Shown here: in pieces, positions 1 to 13,218 of the stretch
How the letters are laid out: the number at the start of each line of letters is the position of its first letter
Numbering within the stretch: the stretch's first letter is position 1
Assembly (NCBI RefSeq): GCF_048593235.1
Contig: NC_133623.1
Location: forward strand, 71,886,066-71,950,065
From: Sminthopsis crassicaudata
Taxonomy: Eukaryota
Reading direction: 5' to 3'
DNA: 64,000 nt
The notes under the pieces: generated by a model
Told to the model about the DNA's origin: nothing
The model's database searches: none
Seen by the model: the letters and a program-made list of their open reading frames with translations, nothing else
Position numbers and translations under genes: made by a program

Positions 1-786
1 AATCGATTGAGTCATCATAAAATTGTGCCATTATTCAAAGGGACATTATTCAAAGAATAATAATTTTTGTCTTTTTCCCTTTGAAAATGTTTCTGTTGTG
101 GACAATATGCAGTTTAGAATTTGTGTATGTGTTGGGGATTTTAGAGCAAAATTATTTGTGTAATGTTTAACTTATGAAAACATCTACTTAGATATGTAAG
201 ATAATTATGTGAATTGACTGGGACAAATTTCTTACTGGTATCAATATAAGGTCATGGTAAATACCTGTTTGGGATTTAGATTTAGATTTAGATTTGTATC
301 TAAAACTTTGGTTAATGAGATTTCTTATTTTTGAATTGGGGTTTGCTGTACCACACAATAGGAAAAGACAACAGTCAAAAGGAAGTTGGAAAGAGACAGG
401 ATGAGGAAAGAGTCACAAGGAGGAGGGAAGAGGGATGAGATGATTGACATTGAAGGCATGAGTTTGAAATTCAAAGTCAAGAAAGAAAGAAATTAAGATC
501 TTAAATAAGCTGTATAAAATGAAGATTTATATTTTCAAATACAAGCCTCTTTTTCTGTTCTCTAGATAAGAAAAAAAAACTCACAGTTGTGGACCTTTGG
601 CATGTTCATAGTAACAAATAGGAAAATTTGAAAAAAAAAAAAAAGTCTAGATGTGAACTGGGGCTATTGATAGGCTGGCTGCAAGACTTTGAATGATAAC
701 AGCTCTGCCCTTAGATCTGTGGCCCAAGTAAAGTATCATTAGGGTAGCTTTTAAAATTCTGATTTCTTACAAGAAAGCTATCCTGA

Positions 787-932
787 GGGGTAACTAGTTG
801 GTATAGTAGATAAAGCACCAGCCATGAATTCATGAGGACCTGTGTTCAAATTTGACCTTAGACACAACATTTCCTGGCTGTGTGTCACTTAACCCCAATT
901 GCTTCACCAAAAAAAAAAAAAAAAAAAAAAAA
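787..932 (+). mobile_element. tRNA-derived SINE (WSINE1-like) with poly(A) tail
   Basis: gggg-ca-ctag..tggtatagtagataaagcacc head, gttcaaat B-box, A tail. Confidence 0.8.
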
Positions 933-1182
933 AGATACCCTTAGCTCTCATGAAAGCAGTTATTCCTTATGGGTCCCATGAAGTANNNNNNNNNNNNNNN
1001 NNNNNNNNNNNNNNNNNNNNNNNNNNNNNNNNNNNNNNNNNNNNNNNNNNNNNNNNNNNNNNNNNNNNNNNNNNNNNNNNNNNNNNNNNNNNNNNNNNNN
1101 NNNNNNNNNNNNNNNNNNNNNNNNNNNNNNNNNNNNNNNNNNNNNNNNNNNNNNNNNNNNNNNNNNNNNNNNNNNNNATGGA

Positions 1183-1775
1183 CTGTAAATTTTTTTTAGT
1201 TTTTTTTTGAGAAATTCTGGGTGGGAAAATAAGTCAAATTTGTGATAAATTTATGGAATAGTATGGGATAGTTTTGGACTTTAAAGACTAGACAAAGCCA
1301 AGGGGACTCCGGGATAAGGTGTATAGTTGGGAGGAGGGGAGCAAAAGGGAAGGCTCCTTTCTGTAGTTTAGGAAATTCCCGAAACCCTCTGCAATTATGA
1401 CATGAGTCAGAGCCTTGCCCATAGACAGTGAGAGAGGTTTCTCCTTATAGAAGTCACCTAAACAATCTCTTTACTCTATCTATATGTGGGGAGGACGTTT
1501 GTCTCATGAAGGCACCTGCCTACCACACAGGTACCATGTGGAGACCCATTGCATCATTGTATCAACAAGGGCAGAATAGTGACTCGGCCTATTTCTTGCT
1601 GGTAAATCAGAAAAATGTACGACTAATGGAGATAGAAATATCAATTGATGCTAGAAAGGGATATAAGTGTGACTCGGGATTTCTAGGGTGGATAGAGCAT
1701 TTAAAGGACCAAAAAGGAAAACAGAGGGCCTCTGTGGTGCCTCTTTTGGTCACAAGATGGCGGCATTTCCACACA
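1183..1775. mobile_element. LTR-like element (probable solo LTR)
   Basis: TG...CA ends, TATA-like gggatataag, caagatggcgg motif. Orientation uncertain. Confidence 0.4.
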
Positions 1776-3479
1776 ACAGGCCATTTACTTCAGCTTCTTG
1801 GAAGGAGGGCTGTATTCATTGTTACCTTTCTGGAGGGCTTTGGCCATGTTCCTTCTAGTGCCCCAAAGAGCCAGGAAGAGATGTTGTTCTGCAATGCCAT
1901 CTCTTCCTCAGCCTTGCCACTCACCTTGCCACTGGCAACTTTAGCCATTAAGACTTTGGCCTAATTCAAGGTTGCTCCAACCTTGGGATCCAAGAAAGTG
2001 CCAGGCTTGTCTCCCTTCACTTTCTCCTTTTTACACACCTTCTAAAGAGCCTTCCCAGCAGCCTCAAGGCCACATCCATACTATACTCTCCTCCCTCTCT
2101 TCTCAGATTCTGGAACCATTATCACAACAACTCTGCCATTGTTCTGGGGAAGAATGTCCATCCATTCCTCTAGGGCTCCACTTGTAGCCTTTCAGACCAA
2201 AATGTAACTGCCTTGAAAAAAAGAATGATCTCTGCTCTTGTATTTGTACCCTTCCTGCTTAGCACAGTGCCTTAGCAAGTAGTAAGTGCTTAATAAATGC
2301 TTTTTCATTTGTTCATAATTCATTCAATTCAACAATAAATCATCAAGCATATATTAAGTATATACTAATGCCCATAAATAACAGCAGATGTAGAATTTGA
2401 TGTTTTGGGACCCCATTTCCCTGGGCTCTGAGTATCTAAAGAGATAGGGCATATTAGAGCCAGACCCCATCTGCCCCCTCAGGGTTTGGAGGGTACCTTG
2501 GATCTTATATTAAGATCTTGAGCCCACATCAGATGAGTTCCTCTCTTTGTTGCCAAGTGAGTAGCAACCCAACTCCCCATTTAACATCAATTAGCTTTTA
2601 CATGGTATATTTCCTTTGGAGCGATAACAAAAGCAAAAAGATTCCTCCAAAAAAAAAACCACCTCAGAAACACGTTTTACCTTATACTACCTCAATCTCT
2701 TAGAAGAATAGGCACAAAATTAGTTCTGTCTATATATTAATCCCAATAAGTCACGTCTAGTGGCAGTTTGCCTGCAAAATGAATCCTTGTCCCACCCACC
2801 TTTCACCTGGCTCCCAGAGATTATTCCTGAAAGTAACTACTTGCTTCTCAATGCATTAATGTTGCCTGGCACTTTGATGCTGGGGTGTTAAGGCACCAGG
2901 ACACAAGTGTTCACTCTTCTAACCATTAGACATTTCCAGGGGCAGAGGTTCTAATCCTTTTACCTAGAACAGAAAAGAACAATTGTAGAGGCCAAAGACC
3001 CCAGTCCATTTCACAGGGCCACATGTTGGCCTCAGTGGGGAAAACCCAAGGTTTCTGCTCTTTCAGAATTTTCTCTTGTTGGATACTAGTGGTAAAGACT
3101 CAAAGAAAGGACAGAGCAGCTAAGAGGAAATGGCCAAGACTAGTCCTTAGTCCCTTTGATTCACCATACAGTTAGCCATCTGAAACCAGTTAAAGGAAGG
3201 TCTCTCCCAGGCACTTCCAATACATCACACACACACCGCTCCAGAAGCTGGCTCTAAGCCTCTTTCACTTAGGGAGAAGCTGTCAGAGGTTCTTTATAAG
3301 TATACCAGGCTCTGTTTCATAACCATATGCTCAACCACATGGTAACCATGACAAGGAAAAGCACATGTAGTTCAGTGGAAAGAACACCAAATTTGGAGTC
3401 AAGATCTGAGTTCTAATCAGAACATGACCATCTACCCTCTTGCTGAACATGCACCAGTCACACAACTGCTATGTGCCTT

Positions 3480-4000
3480 ACCTTCTTTTTTACTTTTATT
3501 TTCCCCACTTACACATAAAAACATGTAACCATGAAAGAAAACCACAAAAGAAAAAAAAGGAGAAAAAAGAAAAAAAAAAAGTGAACATGGCATGTGTTTT
3601 TTCCATATTCAGTCTCCATAATTCTCTCTAGATGTGGATGGCAATTTCCATCCAAAGTTTTTTGGATTGCCCTGGATCACTGAGAAGGGCTAAATCTGTC
3701 ATAGCTCATCATCCCACAATCTGCTGTTACTTTGTACAATGTTCTCCTGGTCCTGCTCATTTCACTCAGCATCAGTTCATGTAAGTCTCTCCAGACCTCT
3801 CTGAAATCATCCTGCTGGTCATTTCTTACAGAACAATACTATTCCATTACATTCATATATCAAAACTTATTCAGTAGGAGTACTGATGGGCATCCACTCA
3901 TTTTCCAGTTCTTTGCCACCACAAAAAGAGCTGCTACAAACATTTTTGGTTTTGTGGTTCCTTTTCCCTCTTTTATTATCTCTTTGGAATACAGACCCAA
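3480..4000 (-). mobile_element. L1 3' end (ORF2 C-terminus and 3' UTR)
   Basis: Antisense translation LLGLYSKEIIKEGKG..KMFVAALFVVAKNWKMSGCPS is the L1 ORF2 C-terminus. Confidence 0.9.
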
Positions 4001-4225
4001 TAGTGTGTGCCTTACTTTTGTCAACACTGTAGTGACGGGGTAAATTAGCTGGCTTTTAAGGTCCCTTCTAGCATGATCTCTGCTGAGAGCTCCTGAACCC
4101 CAGCTTTTTGGAGGCACATTTCCTTTAAAGGAGAGGAAAGCTCCAAGGACACGCAATCCATGAATCCAGCCTTCTGGAGAGAGAAAGAGAAATATTGACC
4201 AATGTCATTCCCCTTGGGACAACTA

Positions 4226-4460
4226 AGTGGCACTTCAGGGGATAGAGTACTAGACCTGTAGTCAGGAAAACTCTTCTTTCTGAGTTCAAATCTGACCTCA
4301 GATAATTCCTAGCTATGTGACCCTGGGCAAGTCACTTCACCCTGATTGCTTCAATTTCCTCATTTGTAAAGTAAGCTGGGGAAGGACATAGCAAACCACT
4401 TCAGTATCTCGGCAAGAAAACCGAAATGGGGTCACAAAGACTTGGACATGACTGAAACAA
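4226..4460 (+). mobile_element. MAR1-type CORE-SINE
   Basis: tRNA head, CORE (gtgaccctgggcaagtcactt), RTE-like tail (gcaaaccacttcagtatc..gcaagaaaacc..gacatgactgaaacaa). Confidence 0.85.
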
Positions 4461-4610
4461 GTAATTCTCTTGGAAAGAGATTAGGGCTTAAAGGTGTTCA
4501 TGTAAAGGCTGTCAGCTAAATCCATCTCTTTCTCACACCCCATCAAGAACAAGATTGAATTTTACCATGTGAAATAACTTAGGAATGAAAATAATTTTCA
4601 CCAAGGCAGG

Positions 4611-4864
4611 CAGTAGTGTGCTGGTAATTGTTTAAAAACCATCTCTCTGAGAAGAAAAAATTTGCAAAATATGCAAGGGATATTTTAAAGTTTAATCTGC
4701 ATTGTTAACATTTTCCATCATTTTCTTAATTCTAAACAATTAACAAAACAATAAATCAAATCCCCTTTCATAGTGTTTGCCAAATTCCAAGGTTTAAATG
4801 CTCACATTGAAAATTTAACAATCAGCTCTTATGATCCTGTTCCAGCTAGCTCCAGCACATCTTG
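4611..4864. mobile_element. Old non-autonomous hAT (Tip100/ORSL-like) DNA transposon
   Basis: Imperfect TIRs cagtagtgtgctgg ... ccagcacatcttg around an AT-rich core. Confidence 0.55.
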
Positions 4865-5274
4865 GCAGTAAGATCATCTTCATTTAAAAAAATTACAAAA
4901 AAGCAAAGGACCAAGCTACACTGATGTTGTGCTAATCAGGAGTTAGTCAATAAGCATGTATTAAGAATTTACTATGCAGCTGGCATTATGCCAAGAACTA
5001 GGGATATAAAGAAGGGCAAAATTACAGATCCCACCCTCACGGAGCTCACAGACTAATGGGAGAAACAACCTATAAATAATGATACACAAATAAGCTTTGG
5101 AAAGGATAAATAAGAAATAATCACCAAAGAGAAGGCAATAGAGATGGGTTGGGGAATGATCCCTGTAAATGATAGGATTTTAGTTGAGATTTAAAGGAAG
5201 GTAGTAGCCAGACATGAGGAAGTAACGCACTCATCTGTGGAAGCTAGACACTGAAAATTGACAGAGCCAAGAGA

Positions 5275-5480
5275 TGGACACCTGAGTGGCACCATGGACA
5301 GACCTCTGAGTCTGGAGTCAGGAAAACCTGAGTTCGAATATGTCCTCAGACGTGACATATGTGACTCTGGGCAAGTTACTTGATCCTGTTTGCCTCAGTT
5401 TCCTCATTTGGAAAATGAGCTGGAGAAGGAAATGACAAACTATTCCAATATCAGGGTCATGGAGTCAGGCGTGACTGAGC
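5275..5480 (+). mobile_element. MAR1-type CORE-SINE
   Basis: Same head/CORE/tail architecture as 4226-4460. Confidence 0.8.
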
Positions 5481-5859
5481 AGCAAGAAATGGAGTGATAA
5501 CCTACACATGAACTAAGGAAAATTTCTCTCTTTTCAAATACAGTAAAATATAAAAATCATTTTTATATCGTAAGCCATTCAAATTGACAGTGAGCTAGAT
5601 TTGGCCTTTGGGTTCTAAGTCCTGCAAGTCCAAAGCATTATCAAGGAAACTTATTGCAGACTTGAGAAGTCCACTCTCTGAGTCCAGTTCTTTCATATAA
5701 TATTTACCTACCCCAGTGTACATTTGTCTTGTTCTAGTTTTTTTCCCCAAAGTGAACTCAATAAACAATGGAGGTCAATTATCAGATAGTTGATATTCTT
5801 AAAACAATCCAAACTGACAGGCTTCCACCACAATTAATGAAATCTCTTGTTTAAAAAAA

Positions 5860-6165
5860 TTACAAAATGGACTGAGTGTGGATCACAACATAGTATTATC
5901 ACTTTTTTGTTGTTTGCTTGCATTTTGTTTTCTTTCCCATTTTGTCCTTTTTGATCTGATTTTTCTTGTGCAGCATGATATATGTGGAAATATGCATAGA
6001 AGAACTGCCCATGTTTAACATCTATTGAATTATTTGCTGTCTAGGGGAGAGGGTGGGAGAGAAAGGAGGAAGGGAGAAAAAAAATTGGAACACAAGGTTT
6101 TGCAAGAATGAATGTTGAAAATTATCTGTGCATGTTTTGAAAATAAAAAGCTTTTATTTAAAAAA
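5860..6165 (+). mobile_element. L1 3' UTR fragment
   Basis: Same 3' UTR as other L1 copies in the window, ending aaataaaaagc plus A tail. Confidence 0.85.
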
Positions 6166-6403
6166 AATGAAAAAGTTACAAAAGGATGAGATTTGTAGGA
6201 TTGCCAAGGAGGTAGTTGATTATCATCTTAGTGCTGTGCCAAGCTCTCCCTCTAGGTCCCAATCTTCTGGTGAGCAAGGCCAGCTCATGAACTCACCCTC
6301 CAATCAGTGTGTGCCTATTTCTCCAAGAAACCCTATAGTAGCTGAAGTGAAGCAGGACTGAGGGACCCAGAACTTTTAGTTCCTATCTTCAGAGAAAGAA
6401 ACA

Positions 6404-7446
6404 GGGAAGGATTCTGGGAAGATGGTGGAGTAGGTATGTAAATTTCAACTCTCCCTATTTCCCCCACAAATAGAACAAATTTGCGCCTCAGTGAAAACAT
6501 AGACTCAGAAAAAATCAAGAATACTTGGGGTAGAACAGGGGTCCTTTAATACAATTTGAGATTAGAAGAAAGACCGGGGCTGGGATTAACCCATGTGAAG
6601 TACAAACACCTCTAGGCTAGCTCCAAGGAAACACCAAATGGGGACTCCCGAGGTGAGCCTCAATAGGAACCACAGAGACTTTCACCTCTTTGTTGAGTGG
6701 GGGTCTGAGTCTGGGAAGACTGAGGGAACCTCACCTGATTAGGAACATCAATCCCTACTGTGCTGCTGAGACTGGGCCTTAGGTGAGAAGGAACCAACAC
6801 CCCGTGAATGCAGAGGCTGTGGGGTAAGGACACTGCTGGCTGTGGGCACTTGCTGGAGGGTGGAGCTCTTGGTTTGGGACTTCTAGTCAGAGGGAAGGGC
6901 TGAAGTAAAGCCAGAGACATCACCCCCTCATCCCAAGATTAGAAGTGTTAACACTAATACTTCTTATTTTTAAAAAATGAGCTGGCAAAGAAGAAAGAAT
7001 CCCACCATAGAAATATACTATGGGAACAGGGAAGACCTGGTCTCATCTTCAGAGCCGAATTAAAGCAAAAGGTCAGCAGGGATAGGAAAGGTGTGTGTAT
7101 GTGTGGGGATGTGTGTATATATCTATCTATCCTTTCTTAATTATAGCCTGCTTAGTGTGAGGGGGAATTAAAGATGGAAAAAGAATAAAGTAAAAAAAAA
7201 AGATGCACAGCAGAAGAATAATTTACAAGAAAGTAAAGAAAAGATGAATGCTCACAAATTTGATTTCTTCTACTAGTAGTCTATATACTTTCTTGAACTG
7301 GTATTTGTGGTTATATATTTTGAATCCTCCCTAATGTTCTGCTGGGCACATGACAATGTTCTCTTTTTTGTTTGTTTGTTTTTATTCCTTTTCTGTTTTT
7401 TTGTTTGTTTTCCTATTCTATTTCTTTAAATAAAATAAATGTGGAA
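6404..7446 (+). mobile_element. Internally deleted HAL1-like (ORF1-only LINE) copy
   Basis: 5' UTR and ORF1 start match 51275-51900; 3' portion matches 54130-54210 plus 55000-55200; possible 9-bp TSD aaagaaaca (6395-6403, 7447-7455). Confidence 0.6.
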
Positions 7447-7499
7447 AAAGAAACATCCACTTTGGAATTTCCAGGGAATCTAAGTCAAACTCCCTGGCC

Positions 7500-8150
7500 T
7501 ATAGTTTGAATGACCAGTTCCCCAATCTTTTTGGAAGATCAGATCAGTTGCTTTTCTCCAATTGTGAGCTATTTCTCCCACTTTTCATCTTTTTTTTTCA
7601 AATCTTAAGGATAGGTGTTCCCAGTGATGGAGTTCATCTGGACCAAGTGGCTGGAATCATCAAGGACAGCCCAGTATCCTATCTGTATCTCTTTACTCAT
7701 GTGAAACAGTGATTCCTTGTTAATCATTTGCAATCTGTTATTCCCAGCAGAAAGATCATTCTACTTTACAGAGAAACCAAAAACAAAATAAGGAATGAGC
7801 TGTTCTGCCTTCTCTAAGTTGTCAGTTATCATGATTCCATCTACCTCTAAGTAAAGGTCTGCTCCCTTCTTTGAATCTTCTTTTTCTCATAAGATAACTA
7901 AAACAGCTCCCCTTTTCTTTCCTCAACATTACTGACACTATTTTTGAAGGATCATGCTACTCTTAGATTCATCTTCTGACTCCTGGCCTTGCCTCCAATT
8001 TCCATGCATTTCATTTTTAAAAAAATCTAAATCAGCTGGTGAACTTCCTGTGTAGCCACATAAGTCTCTTTAAACAAATCCTCATTTTTCTTCCTCAGTA
8101 GAATCATTTACCTTTCTGCCTTTAAATTTTCATTCTTGACAAACAACTTT
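7500..8150 (-). mobile_element. Ancient CR1/L3-like LINE fragment
   Basis: Degraded pyrimidine-rich text resembling antisense CR1 ORF2; identified by eye. Confidence 0.45.
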
Positions 8151-8649
8151 GAAAGGCTTAGGCTCTCGGACCAGTACAGTGGCTAGCCACAAATCCAGAA
8201 GACTCAAAATGAAACATGCTACCCATCTCTTGACTGAGAGGTGATGGATTCAGAGTGCAAATTGAAACATTTGTTAGACATAGCTTGACTATATGTGTCT
8301 GTAACAGAAATTTTTTCTTGATTTCTCAATGTGGCAGGTGGAAAAAGAGAGAATAAATCCAATAAGAAAATAATATTTAACAAAAAATGTAATTATTTCA
8401 TTTTTCAGCATCTTTCATCTCAAGTGGGCCAATTTACCCTGGAGCATTTTACTCTGTGGAATTCTATTTATCTTTCATCTGAACTCTTTGAAATCTACTT
8501 TCCCAAAATCAAGATGTGTGTCCAGATTTCTTCTTCCTTATTACAAATTCTAGGAGGGAGTACTCATTTACCCTCAGGGTTTCCATCATTTTATGCCAAC
8601 AACTAGGTACTCTGTGTTACTGAAAATCAGATCCAAAATAGAAATTCTC

Positions 8650-9340
8650 TTGTTATGTAGCATAACACTGATTACACTGGCCCCCACTGACAAAAGGCCA
8701 AAGATATTACAAACCCCTCTCCCTTCCTCAGAGTTCTCAGGTATCCTTAAGGGAGTTTGGGATTTCCAGGCTCTCTCTCTATCAGTCCCCATAGTATTCC
8801 CTAGATTGTCAGGATGTGGGGTCTCTGAGCTCCACTTTCATTTAGCCACTAATAGTCAGATTAGCTTTTACAAAGAAGTATTTATTTCAAAGTATAATCA
8901 TAAATATATAAACTTCTTGCCTAAGAAGTGAGGCTTAATTCCCACTCTATGCCATCTCACAGAGATGGGAAGGGGAAGTGGATTAAATTCATAGCTTAGC
9001 TGTGTTCCTATGGTACACAGTCCTAAATTCCAAGTCCAAAGCTCCTCTTGGGTTTGAGTCTCAAGTACCTTGGCTTCCCTGTAGGCTGGACGGTTGCAAT
9101 CCTGACTCCAAGGTCAGCACAGCTTTAACTCCAGGGACCAGTGAGGATTATTGCCGACACCTAGAAACTGAACACAAATAAAACAGAATAGAATCATAGA
9201 TCCACAGACCCATTTTTCCAGACACACAAGGCTTAAAAGGAGAGGAGAAAAGAAATACTCTTCCCCCTTACTGATCCAGCTCAAGACATCCATACTGTGG
9301 GTGAAATGTGGGTGATCTTCACCCTCTGGATGCAACAGCA
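8650..9340 (-). mobile_element. Solo LTR, family shared with 10048-10756
   Basis: Collinear blocks shared with the second copy (gttctcaggtat-cttaaggga, ttagctttt-acaaa, gttcctatgg-acaca, gatcttcaccctctgg); minus-strand AATAAA at ~8880. Confidence 0.6.
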
Positions 9341-10047
9341 AAGAACACCCAGGAAAGAAAATGAGACTGTCCTAATTTAAGTTTTTTTTGTTTTTTTTTT
9401 TTTTAAACCGATCCTCTTCCAGTTTCATAGCCAATGACCAGTATACCCAAATACAAAGTTTTGCAGATTCAACAAAACAAGAAACATATCAAAGTTTTCC
9501 CAATATTTCTGTTTGCTTAGTCTTAGCCTTTTCCTAACCCACAAGTAGGTTCATTTAGAAAAGTGGCCAAAAAATGTAAATTATCTGAGAGTTTTAGGCA
9601 CAGGCTTTCTCACCCTAAGAAGTTGTAGGGTATTTTGCTTTCACAAAAAGCAGCCTCCTCAGTCAGTTTAAATGCAGAAAAAAGCAATCAGAGCATTTCT
9701 ACTAGCCTAGTGATTCCATAATTCCTCCTAGTAAACTAATTATCGTGACTCTTTTGGGAAATCCGTCATATAGCAGATATCAGGATAGCAATATTACACA
9801 GGATTTAACAATACAAAAAGTATCCATATTTAAATAGTCAAGCAGTCAGCAATTGAAAAGTTTGCAAAATTATGCCAGTGGAAACTGACTTGTGAAGTAA
9901 CACACACTATTAAAAAATCTGCTGGATTGATTCATTGATTGGGGGGAAGGGCTATCTCTGAGATCTCTTGGTCTAAGGATATCTAAAGCAAATATCCCAG
10001 CCAAAGACTCTCTCCAGGAATCCCCAGATCCCAGATAAGGTCCCACA

Positions 10048-10756
10048 TGTAACACTGGCTACCCTAGCCTTGAGTGTCTGAAGGGTAGGAAAGTTACATT
10101 TCCCTCTTCTCCCAGCGTTCTCAGGTATGCTTAAGGGAGATGGGTCTATAGAGGTTGGGTTATCGAGGAACTATAAGAGATTGGGGTATCTAGGCTCTCT
10201 GCCATTGATTCCAATACTAATGATGTTTCCAAGGGATGTGGAGTCCCCTAAACTCCACATCCATCTAGCTACTAACAGTTGGGTTAGCTTTTTACAAAAG
10301 AATATTTATTTCAAAATATAATTACTAATATACAGACTTACTGCCCCACACATGGGGCTTAATCCCTCCTCTATACCACCAGTCTCTGGGGAGGGAAAGA
10401 GGATTAGGTTCATAGCATAACTCTGTTCCTATGGCACACAATCCCAAATTCCAAACCCAAAGCCCTGCTTGGGCTTCAGTGCCAGGCACTCTGGGCCTCT
10501 CAGGGCTTCCTAATATTGGCTGCAATATTCCACCTGGAATCCTGGCTCTAAGGTAGTCATGGATCTAACTTCAAGATCCATTGGGGATTTCTGCTTCCAC
10601 GAAGAAACTAAGGAACCCCCTGCCCTGACCCATTTCTTAGGGCAATGGGGCTCAAAAATTGAAAGGAGAAAAAAATTCCTCCCCACTTCCTGGTTCAGTT
10701 TAGAGAACCCATACTATGGGTGAATCATGTATGATCTTCACCCTCTGGTCCCATCA
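10048..10756 (-). mobile_element. Solo LTR, family shared with 8650-9340
   Basis: TG...CA ends on the minus strand; blocks shared with 8650-9340. Confidence 0.6.
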
Positions 10757-10848
10757 GAAAAAAAAAAGCAAGCTTGTGCCAGTCTGTTAGTTTTCAAAAC
10801 ACATCCTGGCTCTCTTTGGAGCCAATTGAAGGAGGTAGTAGGGAATCC

Positions 10849-11377
10849 ATGTGGTAAGGAAATAAAGAGAAACAGAGTGCTTCCATCTTACTCAAGCTGG
10901 GAATTTACCAACAAAGCCCATTACAGTAGGATGAAATTAGCATTAAGGGAAGTTAAGAAGTTATTAACTATCCTGCTTTTGTCAGAGTGGGAAAGCTCTA
11001 GCCAATGGGCGGATGATTGAAAACCCCCATCAGTACTATATCATACTTCTGTTCTGAGCTTGTGATCTTTTTTTCTCATTCTGTTTCAATTATCCGTACT
11101 ACATTTCAAGGAGAAAATCCCTCTTGTTTCTCCCTCCTGTAATCTTCACAACTATAACCCTATTCCTGGGTTTCCTCACATTAGTAAAGCTTTTTAATAT
11201 ACAATTCTATTCTATACAATGTATAATTCTGTTCTACCTCACCCAGCTTATGTCTCTTGAATAAAGTAAACCCTTCTAAACCCAAAATCTCATTATGGGT
11301 TTTCCTCTCACTGGTTCTCAGTGAAACCCCTGAGGTCAAATAGACCACCTTTATTTAAGTCATCTAGTTCTTGTTAA
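10849..11377 (+). mobile_element. Solo LTR-like element
   Basis: TG start, CCAAT at ~11002, TATA-like tactatat at ~11035, AATAAA at ~11260. Confidence 0.5.
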
Positions 11378-12420
11378 ATGTGGGACAGTTGTTTATGAAT
11401 ATTTAAGGCCATGACTTTACTACTGGCTCCTTTCTTGGATCTGTCTCCTCTGAACTCCTGAGTGCCTCAATTGCTATTCACCTTCCTTTGGACTAGCTAC
11501 TCTCCATGACACCTAGATTGAAAGATATGCATAGGCAACTTTCTCTCTTCACCCCTCATTTGTAGTGCAAAGCCCCTTTGTTTAGCTAGTTAATCATTCC
11601 ACTAAGGCTGCAGGGCTCTAACCTGGATCTTCCCCAGTCCTTGTGGTTTCTAGCTTCATTACTTCTCAGTAGGGGTCACAAGTTCTCCAGTTCTAACATC
11701 CATTGGTTCCTCACTACCATCCTGATTATATTGGAGACAATTCCACTTTTGTTTCTGCTCTAGGATTTTTCCTCATAAAAGGAAATGAGTAAAAAGTTAT
11801 CTACTGTACAAACATGAGCCAGCTAGAGGACAAATCCTTTATTTTGGCTGCTAACTAGTCATTTACATTTCACCTCTCCGGAGCACAATCCGATCAAACA
11901 TTGTCTTCTTTCTAATGGCCCCTTTTTCTCCTCCACTGATTCTTTGTAAAGAAAACAAGAGATCGGGCTGGAGACACACATGGCACGAGATGAAAGGCAC
12001 AAAATCAGATGATCAGATGGTGGGTCTCATGTCACTATTCCCTTCCTTCTGAGGACTGGAGATTAGGCAGAGAGTGTGTGCCAAGGGATAGAAGTTAAAC
12101 CTGCACAGTAAAAGGAGAAAGTCTGCTCTGCACTGCCTTTCCTATTCCACTCTCCTCAAGGGAAGGTGCAGCAGTCCGAGGANNNNNNNNNNNNNNNNNN
12201 NNNNNNNNNNNNNNNNNNNNNNNNNNNNNNNNNNNNNNNNNNNNNNNNNNNNNNNNNNNNNNNNNNNNNNNNNNNNNNNNNNNNNNNNNNNNNNNNNNNN
12301 NNNNNNNNNNNNNNNNNNNNNNNNNNNNNNNNNNNNNNNNNNNNNNNNNNNNNNNNNNNNNNNNNNNNNNNNNNNNNNNNNNNNNNNNNNNNNNNNNNNN
12401 NNNNNNNNNNNNNNNNGCCA

Positions 12421-13218
12421 AAAATCTGTGAAACCTAAATTGAAATTATGATTTAGAAATCCAAGTATCTTTCTCTGATAAAACTTTTTTTAAAAAATCT
12501 GTGAAATCTAATTGAAATTATGATTTAGAAATCCAAGTATCTTCCTCTAATAAAACTTTTTTTTAAAAAATCTGTGAAACCTAAATTGAAATTATGATTT
12601 AGAAATCCAAGTATCTTTCTCTGATAAAACTTTTTTTAAAAAATCTGTGAAATCTAATTGAAATTATGATTTAGAAATCCAAGTATCTTTCTCTGATAAA
12701 ACTTTTTTTTAAAAATCTGTGAAATCTAATTGAAATTATGATTTAGAAATCCAAGTATCTTCCTCTGATAAAACTTTTTTTTAAAAATCTGTGAAACCTA
12801 AATTGTAATTATGATTTAGAAATCCAAGTATCTTCCTTGATAAAACTTTTTTTAAAAAATCTGTGAAATCTAATTGAAATTATGATTTAGAAATCCAAGT
12901 ATCTTCCTCTGATAAAACTTTTTTTTTAAAAATCTGTGAAACCTAAATTGAAATTATGATTTAGAAATCCAAGTATCTTCCTCTGATAAAACTTTTTTTA
13001 AAAAAATCTGTGAAACCTAAATTGAAATTGTGATTTAGAAATCCAAGTATCTTCCTCCGATAAAACTTTTTTTAAAAAATCTGTGAAACCTAAATTGAAA
13101 TTATGATTTAGAAATCCAAGTATCTTCCTCTGATAAAACTTTTAAAAAAATCTGTGAAACTTAAATTGAAATTATGATTTAGAAATCCAAGTATCTTCCT
13201 CTGATAAAACTTTTTAAA
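12421..13218. repeat. Tandem array, 11 visible copies of a 71-74 bp AT-rich unit
   Basis: Unit aaaaatctgtgaaa(c/t)ctaa(a)ttgaaattatgatttagaaatccaagtatctt(t/c)ctctgataaaactttttt. TCTGTG recurs at 12425, 12498, 12571, 12644, 12716, 12788, 12860, 12933, 13007, 13080, 13151. Starts at the gap edge. Confidence 0.97.

Noticed and set aside
1428-1964. 178-aa ORF
   Set aside because: It lies mostly in an LTR-like element and has no gag/pol/env motifs.
12421-13218. CRISPR array or RSX-like lncRNA repeat
   Set aside because: No unique spacers and the context is eukaryotic. RSX is known near HPRT1/PHF6 rather than HAUS7, and I cannot match this unit to it.
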